A program made the position numbers and the translations under genes. Of a DNA stretch of 64,000 bases, positions 18,634 to 29,884 are shown one piece after another. Origin of the DNA: an uncultured Chlorobiales bacterium. Its GTDB lineage: Bacteria; Bacteroidota; Chlorobiia; Chlorobiales; Thermochlorobacteraceae. Below the pieces are notes generated by a model, which was given only the letters and a program-made list of their open reading frames with translations, did not search any database and had not been told where the DNA came from. Positions within the stretch are counted from its first letter, which is position 1. Every line of letters begins with the position of its first letter. Location: NCBI GenBank assembly GCA_938003965.1, contig CALKXI010000024.1:6089-70088 (forward strand). The letters run 5' to 3'.

Positions 18634-19572
18634 ATGAAGAAAAACCGTTACTTTTACTTTTCCGAGGAAGACTGCAAATACATAGAGGTCAAACGCAGTC
18701 GTGGTGCGGCGCTAACGGCACTCTTCATTGGGTTGTTGTTGATTTCAGCAGGCACAGCGGTTTTACTTCATCTTAACTCTCGCATTCCCTTTTTTCAGTC
18801 TGCCTACCAAGTTGATGCTGAACTTCAAAACATGCACGATAAGCTCGAGCGCATGGCTTGCATGCTTGAAAAATTAGCACAGACCGATAATGTGCTACGC
18901 ACAGCCGTCAATTTGCCTACTATCTCCGAGGAAGAAAAGCAAATGGCAACAGGTGGCAACCGCCTCAGTTTGCTTGAATCGCCGATGCCGACGGCACTTG
19001 CAACCACATCGCAGCTTATCAGCCAACTTTCTCGGCAAATTGAGCGCCAAGAAGCCAGCTATCAGGAAATTTTCAGCAAGTATAAAGAGAATCAAGAGCT
19101 CTTCGCTTGCATTCCTGCCATTAAGCCCATCGATGCACCACGCACCAGCGGATTCGGCATGCGCCTGCACCCGATTTATCAAATCATGAAGTTTCACGCA
19201 GGTCAAGATTTTACCGCACCAATTGGCACGCCGATTTACGCCACAGGCAATGGTGTTGTGGAAACCGCTTCGTTTGTCGACGGTTACGGAAACTGCGTCA
19301 TCATTGACCATGGTTTTGGATACAAAACTGTTTATGCACATCAATCCAAACTCAATGTGAAGGTAGGTCAATCGGTCAAGCGCGGTATGCTGATTGGATA
19401 TGTAGGCAACACTGGCGTTTCTGAAGCGCCACACTTGCATTATGAAGTCATCAAAGATGGCATTAAGGTTAATCCATCGTCATACTTTTTTGAAGACATG
19501 ACACCTGCAGAATACAACGCAGCAGTGCTTGCTGTTTCACAGTCGCCGAACCGTGATACCCGGGCAGAGTAA
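18634..19572 (+). CDS. M23 family metallopeptidase (murein DD-endopeptidase-like)
   Basis: The track ORF starts at 18457, inside dnaE. I prefer the ATG at 18634 (MKKNRYFYF). There is an N-terminal TM segment and coiled coil. M23 motifs HAGQDF and PHLHYEV are present. Confidence 0.85.
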   Translation: MKKNRYFYFSEEDCKYIEVKRSRGAALTALFIGLLLISAGTAVLLHLNSRIPFFQSAYQVDAELQNMHDKLERMACMLEKLAQTDNVLRTAVNLPTISEEEKQMATGGNRLSLLESPMPTALATTSQLISQLSRQIERQEASYQEIFSKYKENQELFACIPAIKPIDAPRTSGFGMRLHPIYQIMKFHAGQDFTAPIGTPIYATGNGVVETASFVDGYGNCVIIDHGFGYKTVYAHQSKLNVKVGQSVKRGMLIGYVGNTGVSEAPHLHYEVIKDGIKVNPSSYFFEDMTPAEYNAAVLAVSQSPNRDTRAE

Positions 19573-19668
19573 AATCTTTGCTAAAATCTGTTTCATGGGA
19601 ACGATTCGAGCACAGAGAAACTTTAACCCCAAAATTTCTCAATTCACTTATTCATCAGTTATACAACT

Positions 19669-19896
19669 ATGTATTGGAATCTTGAGTTAGCACGATACCT
19701 CGTTGACGCACCTTGGCCAGCCACCAAAGATGAACTTATTGACTATGCCAATCGTATCGGAGCGCCGCAAGAGGTTCTTGAAAATCTTTACGAACTTACT
19801 AGCGACGAGCCATACGAGAGTATCGAGGAAATCTGGCCCGACTTTCCAACCAACGAGGACTTTTACTACAACGACGAAGATTCAGACAATTACTGA
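19669..19896 (+). CDS. DUF2795-like small protein
   Basis: 75 aa. LARYLVDAPWPATKDELIDYANRIGAPQEVLENL matches the DUF2795 pattern, followed by an acidic tail. Confidence 0.6.
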   Translation: MYWNLELARYLVDAPWPATKDELIDYANRIGAPQEVLENLYELTSDEPYESIEEIWPDFPTNEDFYYNDEDSDNY

Positions 19897-19897
19897 A

Positions 19898-22270
19898 TTG
19901 TCTTGTCGTTCGCTTTTTCGTTGTCAAACCCAGCGCCTGATTAGTAGGTGCTTGGGTTTGATTTTTCTATTACTTTTTTCTGCTAGACTCTTTGCGCAAA
20001 ATTTCATTCCAGCGGAGGGTAAGCCAGCCTCTTCTTCTCCGAAGACTGCCCGATATATCGATAAACTGATTATTCAAGGTAACAAAGCCATATTGACGCT
20101 TGAGCTGCTTGATGAAACTTTCACCAAAGGGAATGCATCGTTTCTCGGTATCAAGCCTTGGCTTGGCATTTATCGCTTTGGGGATTTGGTGTTTCCTGAC
20201 TCAAGTTCTCAAGCGCCACGGTGGGTAATGGCGCTCAAAAATTGGATGCAGTATTCGGTTGGCGAACCGCCTGCTGAATTTGATGAAAAAACCTTTGAGC
20301 TTGACCTTGCGAAAATTCGTGAGATTTATTTCAACAACGGCTATTTTGACGCCAAAGTCACAGGAAAGATTACGCCTTCATTGCCTTTCATTCCTGAACT
20401 TCTCCCCAACGATACTTCATTTTACAATGTGGAGATTGACATTGTAGAAGGCGAACCGACACGCCTTTCCCAAATTAAATACTTTGGCATTGAACAACTT
20501 GCCCCTGAACTTCAAAACGCCATTTTGCGCAACGAGATTTTGAGACAAGGCTCTGTATACACCGTCAAAGACATGGTGGCAGAACGAGAGCGAATTGTCA
20601 ATTTGATGCTTTCCAACGGCTATGCACTCTTCGTTGCCGATAGCGTGAAGTTCGTCATCGATACGCTCAATCACCTTGCCGATGTGAATGTGTTTATTTC
20701 TCCAACAGACTATTTGGATTTTGGCAACGTGACGGCGATTGTCCACGACCCGTTTCTTCCCGACTCGCTTGCGCCCTTCAAAGAAACATTTGAAGATAAT
20801 GTGCGCATTCGCACATATGGCGAGCAGCGCATTAAGCACGATGTGATTCGCCGCTCGATTTCTTATCGTCCTGGCAACCGCTCCGACATCAACAAACGGC
20901 GCGAAACTATCAGGCGGCTCGGTGCGACGGGCATTTTCGAGAGCATGACGATTCGCAACGACTCGCTCGCCTTTGAAGCCGACTCTCCAACGAAGCGCAT
21001 TTACACCACGATTGAACTCACCCAACTGCCCCGGCATCAAATTAAGCCTGCACTCAAAATGGATAACCGCAACAATGCACCGTTCATCTCGCTGAGCGCA
21101 GGTTACCTGAATCGGAATTTGACGGGCGGCGCGGAAAGTTTTAACCTGACGGCTTCTGTCGGCTTACAGCTCACATATAACCGCGAGCAATTTGCAGGCT
21201 TGCGCGACAGCCGTTTGATTGATGAACTGCCATTTAACTTTGATGTCGGCGGCGAACTCACACTTCCGTATTTTACCAGCGATAAGAGTCGTTTCATCGC
21301 TACCTTGCGATACAGCGTTACACAGCCGCCTCTTCTTTTGCGGATTCAGAATGTCGCATTTCGTTTGCGTGCACAATACACGCCGAATGACTTTCAGAGA
21401 ATTAATTTTGACATGGCGGATTTAGAAATCATCAGTTACGACTCGGCTCGCGGGGCGCGCCAGCTCTTCATCAATCAAGGTCGACCGCTCGATTTGCTCG
21501 ACAGCCTCGTCAAAGACGGAACAGGCTTCAATCAAACCATTCGCTTTGATTTTACTTTCAACAATTTTACCGAAGCGCGCCGATGGATTGATGTGCGCTG
21601 GAATGTCTTGCTCGAGGACGCGGGTCTCATTACAGGCTTGATTGACCGTTTTATTGACACACGTCCAAACCCGCGATTTACTGACGCAGACGCGCAGATT
21701 TTCGGGTTACGCTATTTCGAGTATCGAAAAGTTTCCACGCAGATTGCGCTCTCCAAATTTTTCAATCGCTTTGCACAAGGCGCAGTGAAGTTGCTGTTAG
21801 GCTATATGGCACCTTACGGAAAATCGCGCGAAACACCGTTCATTCGTCGCTTTTTCGCGGGCGGACCGAACGGCATTCGTGCATTTCCATTTAACTCGCT
21901 TGGTCCGGGGAACAACGCAAGTTTGGTCGAAGCACAATTCGGAGCAGATATAAAAATCGAGACGAGCGTGGAGTATCGATACTTCTTTTTTCAGACGCTC
22001 GGCAAGCCGTCGGGCGTTGCGCTCTTCATTGACGCGGGCAACATTTGGCGCAGAGAAGGCGAAAATGCCTTTTCCCTTGCTGAACTGCGTCAAACATATG
22101 CGCTTGGTGCAGGCTACGGTTTTCGCATTGGCACGCCGATTGGACCGATTCGTCTCGACTTTGCCTACCGCGTCTTCGACCCAACACAGCCCGGCGGTCG
22201 GCGTTGGGCGTTCAAACGATGGAACCTAACCAGTTTTCTATTCAACTTCGGCATCGGTGAAGCCTTTTAA
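19898..22270 (+). CDS. Omp85/D15-family outer membrane protein (BamA/TamA-like)
   Basis: The track ORF 19703..22270 overlaps DUF2795 in another frame. There is no ATG before the signal-like segment [16 protein letters not shown], so I tentatively place the start at TTG 19898. The C-terminal beta-barrel ends in ...FNFGIGEAF (terminal Phe). The start is uncertain. Confidence 0.7.
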   Translation: MSCRSLFRCQTQRLISRCLGLIFLLLFSARLFAQNFIPAEGKPASSSPKTARYIDKLIIQGNKAILTLELLDETFTKGNASFLGIKPWLGIYRFGDLVFPDSSSQAPRWVMALKNWMQYSVGEPPAEFDEKTFELDLAKIREIYFNNGYFDAKVTGKITPSLPFIPELLPNDTSFYNVEIDIVEGEPTRLSQIKYFGIEQLAPELQNAILRNEILRQGSVYTVKDMVAERERIVNLMLSNGYALFVADSVKFVIDTLNHLADVNVFISPTDYLDFGNVTAIVHDPFLPDSLAPFKETFEDNVRIRTYGEQRIKHDVIRRSISYRPGNRSDINKRRETIRRLGATGIFESMTIRNDSLAFEADSPTKRIYTTIELTQLPRHQIKPALKMDNRNNAPFISLSAGYLNRNLTGGAESFNLTASVGLQLTYNREQFAGLRDSRLIDELPFNFDVGGELTLPYFTSDKSRFIATLRYSVTQPPLLLRIQNVAFRLRAQYTPNDFQRINFDMADLEIISYDSARGARQLFINQGRPLDLLDSLVKDGTGFNQTIRFDFTFNNFTEARRWIDVRWNVLLEDAGLITGLIDRFIDTRPNPRFTDADAQIFGLRYFEYRKVSTQIALSKFFNRFAQGAVKLLLGYMAPYGKSRETPFIRRFFAGGPNGIRAFPFNSLGPGNNASLVEAQFGADIKIETSVEYRYFFFQTLGKPSGVALFIDAGNIWRREGENAFSLAELRQTYALGAGYGFRIGTPIGPIRLDFAYRVFDPTQPGGRRWAFKRWNLTSFLFNFGIGEAF

Positions 22271-22281
22271 CTTTTTCACTC

Positions 22282-22938
22282 ATGGAACATCTTCCAAAAC
22301 TCGTTGCACCGTCGATTCTCTCCGCAGATTTCACAAAACTCGGAGAAGAAATTTCGCTTGTCGAGCGCGCCGGCGCAGATTGGATTCATTGCGACGTGAT
22401 GGACGGGCGATATGTGCCGAACATCACCTTCGGACCGTTCATCGTCGAAGCCGTTCGCCGCACCACATCGCTCACGATTGACACGCACCTCATGATTGTT
22501 GAGCCTGAAAAATACATCGCCGATTTTGTGAAGGCAGGTTCAAATCAAATCACGGTTCACCAAGAAGAGTGTAAGCATTTGCATCGCACGGTCGAGCAAA
22601 TTAAGTCGCTGGGCGCGAAGGCGGGCGTTTCGCTCAATCCTTCCACGCCCGTTTCAACGCTTGAAGAAATTTTGCCTGACCTTGATTTGGTCTTGATTAT
22701 GTCGGTCAATCCCGGCTTTGGCGGGCAGAAGTTCATTGAACGCTCGATTGAGAAGATCAAGAAACTTGATGCGATGCGTCAGGTGTTGAACCCAACGTTA
22801 ATCATTGCGATTGACGGCGGCATTTCCGAGCGGAACTGCACTCGAGTGCGCGAAGCAGGCGCGAATGCCTTGATTGCAGGCTCTGCCGTTTTTCGCTCGC
22901 CGAATCCATCTGAAACGATTGCCAAACTCAAGGCGTGA
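22282..22938 (+). CDS. rpe: ribulose-phosphate 3-epimerase
   Basis: 218 aa, with PSILSADF...[16 protein letters not shown] and [12 protein letters not shown] motifs. Confidence 0.95.
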   Translation: MEHLPKLVAPSILSADFTKLGEEISLVERAGADWIHCDVMDGRYVPNITFGPFIVEAVRRTTSLTIDTHLMIVEPEKYIADFVKAGSNQITVHQEECKHLHRTVEQIKSLGAKAGVSLNPSTPVSTLEEILPDLDLVLIMSVNPGFGGQKFIERSIEKIKKLDAMRQVLNPTLIIAIDGGISERNCTRVREAGANALIAGSAVFRSPNPSETIAKLKA

Positions 22939-23039
22939 TTAGCCTGAACTCTCGCTCAAAAGCGTTATTTTTGTTTTGCCGATTATTCTCCATCGGGCAT
23001 AAGTTCAACGACCAAACACTAACATTTGCACCTCACACG

Positions 23040-25169
23040 ATGCCTCGAAGTTTCAATCACTGCAAGACACATACACAACTGACCTGCTTCATACTATTGT
23101 GGTTTGCTGGCGTTTTGAGTGTTCAAGCAAGCTTAAAGCCGCTCCCTGTTTATTTCCGATATGAACTACTCAAATCAGGTGCGCTGACGAATTTAGTCGT
23201 CGGTGATTTTGATGGCGACGGGCTTGCAGATATTGCCGGTTTAACGCGCTCGCAACGCGACCTCGTTGTGATGCCTGCCAAAGGGAAATTCTCTTTTCGC
23301 TCCTATCAATCGTTCCGCATGCCTTCGCGTGTGCAATCGCTTCTTGTCCTTGACCTCGTAGGCAAGAAACATTCAGATGTGGTTGCGCTCGTTTCCTCGC
23401 CTTCTCGCGCTCAGTTGTGGCAGATTGGCGGAGCAGGTCGCATTAACCCTAAAAAGCAAATGGAATTGCCGCTTCCCGAAGGCACTGAACAGTTATATCT
23501 CTCGCCCCAACATTCATCGGAGACATCTCACTTTTTTGCACGCACAGAAACAGGCACGCTCACCACCTTTTCTCTGCACAAAAAGGAAGGATTTTCAATC
23601 GATAAGCCGCTTTCGCTCTCGCATCGTGTTAGCGCGGTCTTTTTGCCGAACTTTTCAACATCTGATTTTTTCACGCAAGCTGTTGGCGAAAATGTTATCT
23701 GGCTTCATCGCCCGCCGCCCGCCTCGCCTTTAGCGATTCGCTGTAAGGAGTCCGTTTCGCTGGCGGCAACGGCAGATTTCAATCGCAATGAACTGCTCGA
23801 CCTCGTCGTTGTGCAAGCCCTCGCTAGTGGTAAAACCACCGTTGAAGTGATGTTTGACGTCGGCGTAGAAACAGGCGTTGCGCCGATTCGCTTTGAGACC
23901 GTCGTCAATCCGAAGCAAATTTTCATTCAAGATTTCAATGGCGACGGATTGCTCGATATTGGATTAAGCGATGGCGTTTCCTTTATGATTCACTTCGCGC
24001 AGTCATCGACGGCTTTTTTGGAAAGCATGGTTATTGCGTTTTCCGATGAGACTTCAGGCGTTACCGTTGCCGACCTCAATCAAGATGGAAAGCCCGAGAT
24101 TATCGTCTCCGAACAAAAAGCGGGGAAGTTGGTGGTTTATTCGACATCGCGCTACGAATGTTTGGGCGTTGAGCATCTGGCAACCAGCGGAGCGCCTTCG
24201 CAAATTGACTTTTACTCATCTCGCAAGCAGCTGTTTGTGGGTTCTAATCGGCATCATCAAATTGAAACGGTGCAGATTGACCGCCATTTCTCGCGTAGTG
24301 GGTCGTTTTCTGTGGCAGGAAACATTGTCTCGCTCTGGCATGACGCCTCAGAGATGATTTCACTGACGACTTCACCTGTAACGCTTGTGAGAAAGCCTTA
24401 CAAGTCGGAACAAGTCGTTTCGCATCGGCTTTTTTCGCTTGGGGTTTCGCATGCGCTTTTTTGGCAAACGTTGGAAGGTCAGCCTGCTCTCCTCGCCGTT
24501 TTGGAAGAACGCGCCTCTGGTGCTGTGCCCCAACTGCTTTTTTATGCGTTGAATCGCGACAGCACGCTCTCCATTTCCGAGATGATTCTTGATATGCCCG
24601 TTAGCGCGGAGAGCATCGTAAGCATTGGCGGCGCAACGCTCAAAAAGAAGCATTATTTGGTTGTGTTGAAATCCGAAAAGAACGCGCACTCGGTCATCGT
24701 CTATGAGTTGAACGCAGAAAAATCGCGCTTATCTCTGATAGAGGTCGAGCAGCACACGTTCTCGAGTTTATTCGCCCAGCAAGGCGCACGGCATCTTTTG
24801 GTGAAGGTGAATAAAAACGAAACGATGGATTTTTTAGTAACGAGTGCTAAAAGTGCCGTCCTACTTCTTTCAGAGCGATTGTATCAACCGCAACAAATTT
24901 CTAACTTCCCAAAACTTAACACGAACGATATTGTGCTGTGGCACGACGGCGACGGCGACAAACTCGCAGACCTTATCATCAGCCGACATCAACGCGCCGA
25001 ACTTCTCTTTTTGCGAGGGCGTCCGAAGGGCAGTTTTGATATGCCGAAAATCATACTCAGCGATGTGATTGCAACCAGCATAGCGTCGAGCATCACCAAG
25101 CAACATGCAACGCTTTTTGTCGCAAACGCCAAACTTCATACGGTTGATATTCTGCACTTGAAAAAATAA
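23040..25169 (+). CDS. secreted FG-GAP/VCBS-repeat (beta-propeller) protein
   Basis: The track ORF starts at 22935, overlapping rpe. I prefer ATG 23040 (MPRSFNH... with hydrophobic LTCFILLWFAGVLSVQA). Repeated Ca-binding-like motifs are GDFDGDGLADIAG, DFNRNELLDLVV, DFNGDGLLDIGL, DLNQDGKPEIIV and DGDGDKLADLII. Confidence 0.7.
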   Translation: MPRSFNHCKTHTQLTCFILLWFAGVLSVQASLKPLPVYFRYELLKSGALTNLVVGDFDGDGLADIAGLTRSQRDLVVMPAKGKFSFRSYQSFRMPSRVQSLLVLDLVGKKHSDVVALVSSPSRAQLWQIGGAGRINPKKQMELPLPEGTEQLYLSPQHSSETSHFFARTETGTLTTFSLHKKEGFSIDKPLSLSHRVSAVFLPNFSTSDFFTQAVGENVIWLHRPPPASPLAIRCKESVSLAATADFNRNELLDLVVVQALASGKTTVEVMFDVGVETGVAPIRFETVVNPKQIFIQDFNGDGLLDIGLSDGVSFMIHFAQSSTAFLESMVIAFSDETSGVTVADLNQDGKPEIIVSEQKAGKLVVYSTSRYECLGVEHLATSGAPSQIDFYSSRKQLFVGSNRHHQIETVQIDRHFSRSGSFSVAGNIVSLWHDASEMISLTTSPVTLVRKPYKSEQVVSHRLFSLGVSHALFWQTLEGQPALLAVLEERASGAVPQLLFYALNRDSTLSISEMILDMPVSAESIVSIGGATLKKKHYLVVLKSEKNAHSVIVYELNAEKSRLSLIEVEQHTFSSLFAQQGARHLLVKVNKNETMDFLVTSAKSAVLLLSERLYQPQQISNFPKLNTNDIVLWHDGDGDKLADLIISRHQRAELLFLRGRPKGSFDMPKIILSDVIATSIASSITKQHATLFVANAKLHTVDILHLKK

Positions 25170-25172
25170 AAA

Positions 25173-25201
25173 CGAATCAACCGAAAACTCGGTTCGATTC
25201 G
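25173..25201 (+). terminator. imperfect hairpin after the FG-GAP gene
   Basis: cgaatcaaccga / tcggttcgattcg with one bulge and loop aaac. No clear T run follows. Confidence 0.3.
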
Positions 25202-25232
25202 CATTACAATACCGCAAAATTGTTTATCGCAA

Positions 25233-25787
25233 ATGGCAATACTACCGATTTACACCTACGGCGACGAGGTTCTGAACAAAGTCGCCAAACCTTTGAAAAA
25301 AGTTGATGAAAAAATCCAAACGCTCATTGACGATATGTTCGAGACAATGGAGCAAGCCAACGGCATTGGGCTTGCCGCACCGCAAGTGGGCGTATCGATT
25401 CGGCTTTTGGTGGTTGATGTCTCATGCGTCAAGGAATACAAGCATGTGCCGCCGATGGTGATTATCAATCCACAAATTTTGGAAACGCGCGATGAAGTCT
25501 TGATGGAAGAAGGTTGCCTTTCTATTCCCGGCGTGCGCGAAGAAGTGTGGCGCCCTGATGTGATTAAACTCAAGTATCGCGACCGCCATTTTCAGGAGCA
25601 TGTTGAAGAGTTCGATGGACTTCTCTCGCGCGTCATTCAGCACGAACTTGATCACTTGAACGGTGAACTCTTTGTGGAAAAATTAGACAGCAAAACGCGA
25701 CGCTCTTTGAAAGAGACGCTCGAAGCCATTAAGCACGGTGAGGTTGAAGCCAAGTATGTCTTAGCGGAGAAAAGCCACGTGGCTTGA
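25233..25787 (+). CDS. def: peptide deformylase
   Basis: 184 aa, with motifs [16 protein letters not shown] and HELDHLNG. Confidence 0.95.
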   Translation: MAILPIYTYGDEVLNKVAKPLKKVDEKIQTLIDDMFETMEQANGIGLAAPQVGVSIRLLVVDVSCVKEYKHVPPMVIINPQILETRDEVLMEEGCLSIPGVREEVWRPDVIKLKYRDRHFQEHVEEFDGLLSRVIQHELDHLNGELFVEKLDSKTRRSLKETLEAIKHGEVEAKYVLAEKSHVA

Positions 25788-25815
25788 TGAACTCAAAACA
25801 TTCACTTATTGTTCA

Positions 25816-26313
25816 ATGGCTCAACAACCATCGGCGCGTCCGCTCGTCGGAATTATCATGGGGTCGGATTCCGATTTGGAAACAATGCGCGACGCAAGTC
25901 TTGTGCTTAAAGAATTTGAAGTGCCGCATGAACTTAAAATTGTCTCTGCACATCGCACGCCTGATGATATGGCGGACTATGCAAAGACTGCACGCGCACG
26001 CGGCTTGAAGGTCATCATCGCAGGTGCTGGTGGCGCAGCGCATTTGCCTGGCATGACAGCGTCGCACACAACGCTTCCAGTTATCGGTGTGCCGGTTCAA
26101 TCCAAAGCATTAAGCGGCGTCGATTCGCTTTACTCGATTGTGCAAATGCCTGCGGGCGTTCCTGTCGCAACAGTCGCTATTGGCAACGCCACCAACGCTG
26201 GCTTGCTCGCCGTTCAGATGCTTGCGATGTTTGATGACACACTCGCCGAAAAATTGGCGGCATATCGCAAGCAACTTGCCGATGCTTCACGAAAGAAAAA
26301 TGATAACCTTTGA
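25816..26313 (+). CDS. purE: 5-(carboxyamino)imidazole ribonucleotide mutase
   Basis: 165 aa, with motifs [11 protein letters not shown] and [10 protein letters not shown]. Confidence 0.95.
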   Translation: MAQQPSARPLVGIIMGSDSDLETMRDASLVLKEFEVPHELKIVSAHRTPDDMADYAKTARARGLKVIIAGAGGAAHLPGMTASHTTLPVIGVPVQSKALSGVDSLYSIVQMPAGVPVATVAIGNATNAGLLAVQMLAMFDDTLAEKLAAYRKQLADASRKKNDNL

Positions 26314-26355
26314 TGCAGAGTTTCTTATCTTCTGCATCACTTAAACCACATCTTC

Positions 26356-26667
26356 ATGCCAGAGCACGCCGATAACTTCGACCTTTCACTCACGCCTGAA
26401 CAGCGCGACGCTTTTTTCAAAATCGTTCAGGGAAAATACAATGGCGATATGCGGCTCGCTCTGCAACGCGCGATTGAATACTTCTTACTCCACGAACAAA
26501 ATCGCTCGCTTCAGAACGTCTCTGAAACCCTGCGCCAAATTCAAACCAAAATCTCCAACATTCGCGAAATGAACTCGCAGATTACCCAAAGCCTTCGCGA
26601 CACCAACAGCAAGTTGGCACAGTTCAACCAGAATCGTAATTCATCGAGCGATAACTCACAGCCCTAA
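26356..26667 (+). CDS. hypothetical protein, possible ribbon-helix-helix N-terminus plus coiled coil
   Basis: 103 aa. FDLSLTPEQRDAFFKIV...LALQRAIEYFL has a strand-helix-helix pattern. The C-terminal half is Q/N/S-rich and helical. No family recognised with confidence. Confidence 0.45.
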   Translation: MPEHADNFDLSLTPEQRDAFFKIVQGKYNGDMRLALQRAIEYFLLHEQNRSLQNVSETLRQIQTKISNIREMNSQITQSLRDTNSKLAQFNQNRNSSSDNSQP

Positions 26668-26691
26668 CGAACTTCGCTTATTAGGCTTCGT

Positions 26692-28251
26692 TTATTGATT
26701 CCAAAATTCTCGGTCCAAACTTCGATACTGAATGGCTTGAATGAGGTGCGGGAGTTGAATGTGTTCTGAATTTTTCAAGTCGGCGATGGTGCGGGCGACT
26801 TTCAAGATGCGGTCGTGTGCACGTGCCGAAAGGTTGAGCCGCTTCATGGAGTCAAGCAGGCGTTGCTCACAGTTGGCGTCTAATCTGCAAAATTCGCGAA
26901 TGAGTTTCGGTGGCATTTGCGCGTTGCAGAAAATCGATTGCGCTTTGTAGTCTTTGAATCGGCGCGATTGAACTTCGCGGGCTTTGACGACGCGCTCACG
27001 AATTGAGGCTGAACTTTCTCCTGCTTGTTTTGAGAGCAGATCATCGTGATTGACTTTCGGCACATCGATGTGAATATCGATTCTATCGAGGAGCGGTCCT
27101 GAAATTTTTGAGAGGTAGCGTTGGATTTGTTGCGGCGTAGCGGTCAAGTTTCCGTGTTCATCTTTGAGCGCGCCTGCGGGGCTTGGGTTCATGGCGGCAA
27201 CGAGCATAAAACTTGCTGGATATTTGACAGAAATTGCGGCGCGAGAAATGGTTACTTCGCGGTCTTCAAGCGGCTGTCGCATTACTTCAAGCGTGGTGCG
27301 TTGAAATTCGGGCAGTTCATCGAGAAAGAGCACGCCGTTGTGCGCAAGCGACACTTCGCCTGGCTTTGCCTGCGCGCCACCGCCAATTAACGCCACATCA
27401 CTTGCACTATGGTGCGGCGCGCGAAATGGGCGCGTCGTGATAAGCGCAACGCCTGACGGCAATATCCCTGCAACGCTGTGAATCTTCGTTGTCTCCAACG
27501 CTTCTTCAAACGAGAGCGGCGGCAGAATCGACGGCAAGGCTTTGGAGAGCATCGTTTTTCCGCTTCCGGGCGGACCAATCATGATGAGGTTGTGCCCACC
27601 TGCTGCTGCAATTTCCATCGCAAGTTTTGCATCATTCTGCCCTTTGATGTCGGCAAAGTCAACAGGGTAGTGCTGTTCGGCTTTGAACACATTGGCAAGT
27701 TCTATGCGCGTTGGCTGAACGGTGGGTTCATCATTGAGCACGCTGATGGCTTCTTGAAGCGACGAAACGCCATAAACTTGCATTCGGCTTTGGCTTGCCG
27801 ATACCGCAATCGCCGCTTCGTTTGCATTTTCTTTCGGCACGATTAAGCGCGTAAAGCCTTCGCGGGACGCCATGATTGAAATTGGCAATGCGCCTGTAAT
27901 GCGTCGAAGCAATCCGTCTAATGCGAGTTCGCCGAGCACCATTGTCGTTTCGAGCGTGGCGATTGGCACAACGCCCATGCACGCTAAAATGCCCGTCGCA
28001 ATCGTCAGGTCAAACGCCGTTCCTTCTTTACGAACATCGGCAGGCGCAAGATTAACGGTGATTTTTTTCGGCGGAACGGCATAACCCGAATTTTTGAGTG
28101 CGGTTAAAATTCGCTCACGGCTTTCTTTAATCGCACTATCAGGAAGCCCCACCACAACGAAGGCAGGTATGCCGCTGTCGAGATTCGTTTCAACCTCAAT
28201 GCGAAGTGCATCAACGCCCATCAGGGCGGCGGCGGAAAGTTTAGACAGCAT
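26692..28251 (-). CDS. comM: YifB/ComM-family Mg-chelatase-like AAA+ ATPase
   Basis: I prefer the start at MLSKLSAAALMGVDALRIEVE (comp 28249..28251). It has an N-terminal Lon-protease-like domain, Walker A GPPGSGKTM, GVLFLDELPEF, and the C-terminal ...ARAHDRILKVARTIADL. Confidence 0.9.
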   Translation of the reverse strand: MLSKLSAAALMGVDALRIEVETNLDSGIPAFVVVGLPDSAIKESRERILTALKNSGYAVPPKKITVNLAPADVRKEGTAFDLTIATGILACMGVVPIATLETTMVLGELALDGLLRRITGALPISIMASREGFTRLIVPKENANEAAIAVSASQSRMQVYGVSSLQEAISVLNDEPTVQPTRIELANVFKAEQHYPVDFADIKGQNDAKLAMEIAAAGGHNLIMIGPPGSGKTMLSKALPSILPPLSFEEALETTKIHSVAGILPSGVALITTRPFRAPHHSASDVALIGGGAQAKPGEVSLAHNGVLFLDELPEFQRTTLEVMRQPLEDREVTISRAAISVKYPASFMLVAAMNPSPAGALKDEHGNLTATPQQIQRYLSKISGPLLDRIDIHIDVPKVNHDDLLSKQAGESSASIRERVVKAREVQSRRFKDYKAQSIFCNAQMPPKLIREFCRLDANCEQRLLDSMKRLNLSARAHDRILKVARTIADLKNSEHIQLPHLIQAIQYRSLDREFWNQ

Positions 28252-28332
28252 ACCTATCGGGGTTTGAATTGATGACGCTCCGCCCTTTATCACAAGGGTT
28301 GTGAAAAAATCGAGCGGAACGCTCTGAACAGT

Positions 28333-29790
28333 TTATACTTTCGTCGCTGAATTTGCGTGTTTGATGCTATATGCGAAGTAAATCGCCAGCCCGATGCCCA
28401 TCCAAATGGCGAGGCGAAGCCATGTATCGCCTGGAAGTGCAGCCATCATTGCCAAACATACGAGCACGCCCAAAATCGGCACAAGCGGCACAAGCGGCGT
28501 TTTGAACGGACGCGGAATTTCAGGATTCGTTTTGCGCAACACCAAAATGCCAATACACACCAGCACAAATGCGAAGAGCGTGCCGATGCTCGTCATTTCA
28601 CCGACCACGCGCGCGGGCACAAATGCTGCAAAGAGCGAAACAAAAAGCATAAACAGCGCGCTCGACTTATAGGGCGTCTTGAATTTTGGGTGAACCTCTG
28701 AAAAGAGCGGTGGAATTAAGCCATCGCGCGACATTGAGAAAAATACCCGCGCTTGCCCTAAAAGCATCACTAAAATCACCGACGCATAGCCTGCGAGAAT
28801 CGCAATAATCACACCTTGCTCGAGCCACAAAAATGGCGTGTGTGAAATCGCTACCGCAACTGGCGCAATGCCATCTTGACCTTTGAACTCTGTGTAGTTG
28901 GCAAGCCCTGTCATCACATGCGCGAAGAGAACGTAGAGCACTGTGCAAATCGCTAACGACCCCATAATGCCAATCGGCATATCGCGTTGCGGATTCTTTG
29001 CTTCTTGCGCCGCCGTCGAGACTGCGTCAAACCCAATGTAGGCAAAGAAGATAATCCCTGCTGCACGAATCACACCGCTCCATCCGTATTCGCCGAAGTT
29101 GCCTGTGTTTTCAGGGATATACGGCACATAATTTTCAGTGTTGATATAAGACCACCCAAATGCGATGAAGACAAGCACCACCGAGACTTTCAGCGCCACG
29201 ACGATGTTATTGACCGTCGCCGATTCCTGCGTGCCTTTGATGAGAAGTAGCGACATGACAACGACGATAAACACCGCCGGAATGTTGATAATGCCTGTAA
29301 TCACAGCACCTTCGGGTGTTGTGATACTGTCGAACGGCGACATCGTTAAATGCGCGGGCAAATACAGTCCGAAATTCCCAAGAAACTTGACGAGATAGCG
29401 CGACCAACTAATTGCCACCGTTGCCGCACCAACCGCATATTCCAAGACTAAATCCCAGCCGATAATCCACGCCATGAATTGTCCCATTGTGGCGTAAGAG
29501 TATGTGTATGCGCTTCCCGCAATTGGAATCATCGCCGCAAATTCGGCATAGCATAAGCCTGCAAACGCACAGCCAATTGCAGCGATAACAAATGAAATCG
29601 TTACTGCTGGACCTGCGTTATTTGCCGCTGCTATCCCTGTAATCGAGAAAAGCCCTGCACCGATAATCGCACCGATGCCCAGCGTTACAAGGTTGAACGA
29701 GGTGAGCGTGCGATGAAGTTGATGTTCACCTTCCATTGATGAACTGAGAAGCTCAGGAATAGATTTTTTGAGAAAGAGTTTGTCTTTCAC
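28333..29790 (-). CDS. APC-superfamily amino acid permease
   Basis: The track ORF runs to 29988, overlapping the upstream ABC gene. I prefer the GTG at comp(29788..29790), preceded by GGAGG 7 nt upstream. About 12 TM helices, with FNLVTLGIGAIIGAGLF typical of APC/CAT transporters. Confidence 0.85.
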   Translation of the reverse strand: MKDKLFLKKSIPELLSSSMEGEHQLHRTLTSFNLVTLGIGAIIGAGLFSITGIAAANNAGPAVTISFVIAAIGCAFAGLCYAEFAAMIPIAGSAYTYSYATMGQFMAWIIGWDLVLEYAVGAATVAISWSRYLVKFLGNFGLYLPAHLTMSPFDSITTPEGAVITGIINIPAVFIVVVMSLLLIKGTQESATVNNIVVALKVSVVLVFIAFGWSYINTENYVPYIPENTGNFGEYGWSGVIRAAGIIFFAYIGFDAVSTAAQEAKNPQRDMPIGIMGSLAICTVLYVLFAHVMTGLANYTEFKGQDGIAPVAVAISHTPFLWLEQGVIIAILAGYASVILVMLLGQARVFFSMSRDGLIPPLFSEVHPKFKTPYKSSALFMLFVSLFAAFVPARVVGEMTSIGTLFAFVLVCIGILVLRKTNPEIPRPFKTPLVPLVPILGVLVCLAMMAALPGDTWLRLAIWMGIGLAIYFAYSIKHANSATKV

Positions 29791-29884
29791 GTCGTCGCCT
29801 CCATTTTGTTGATGAATGTTGATTTGAGTTTGCCGATGAAGTAAGGTAATGCGCGTGCAGCTAAAAACAAACTGCTTTGAGATT

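Noticed and set aside
19703-19897. N-terminal 65 codons of the 855-aa Omp85-family ORF.
   Set aside because: They overlap the DUF2795 gene in another frame. The signal-peptide-like segment begins only after 19898, so the start was moved (tentatively to TTG 19898).
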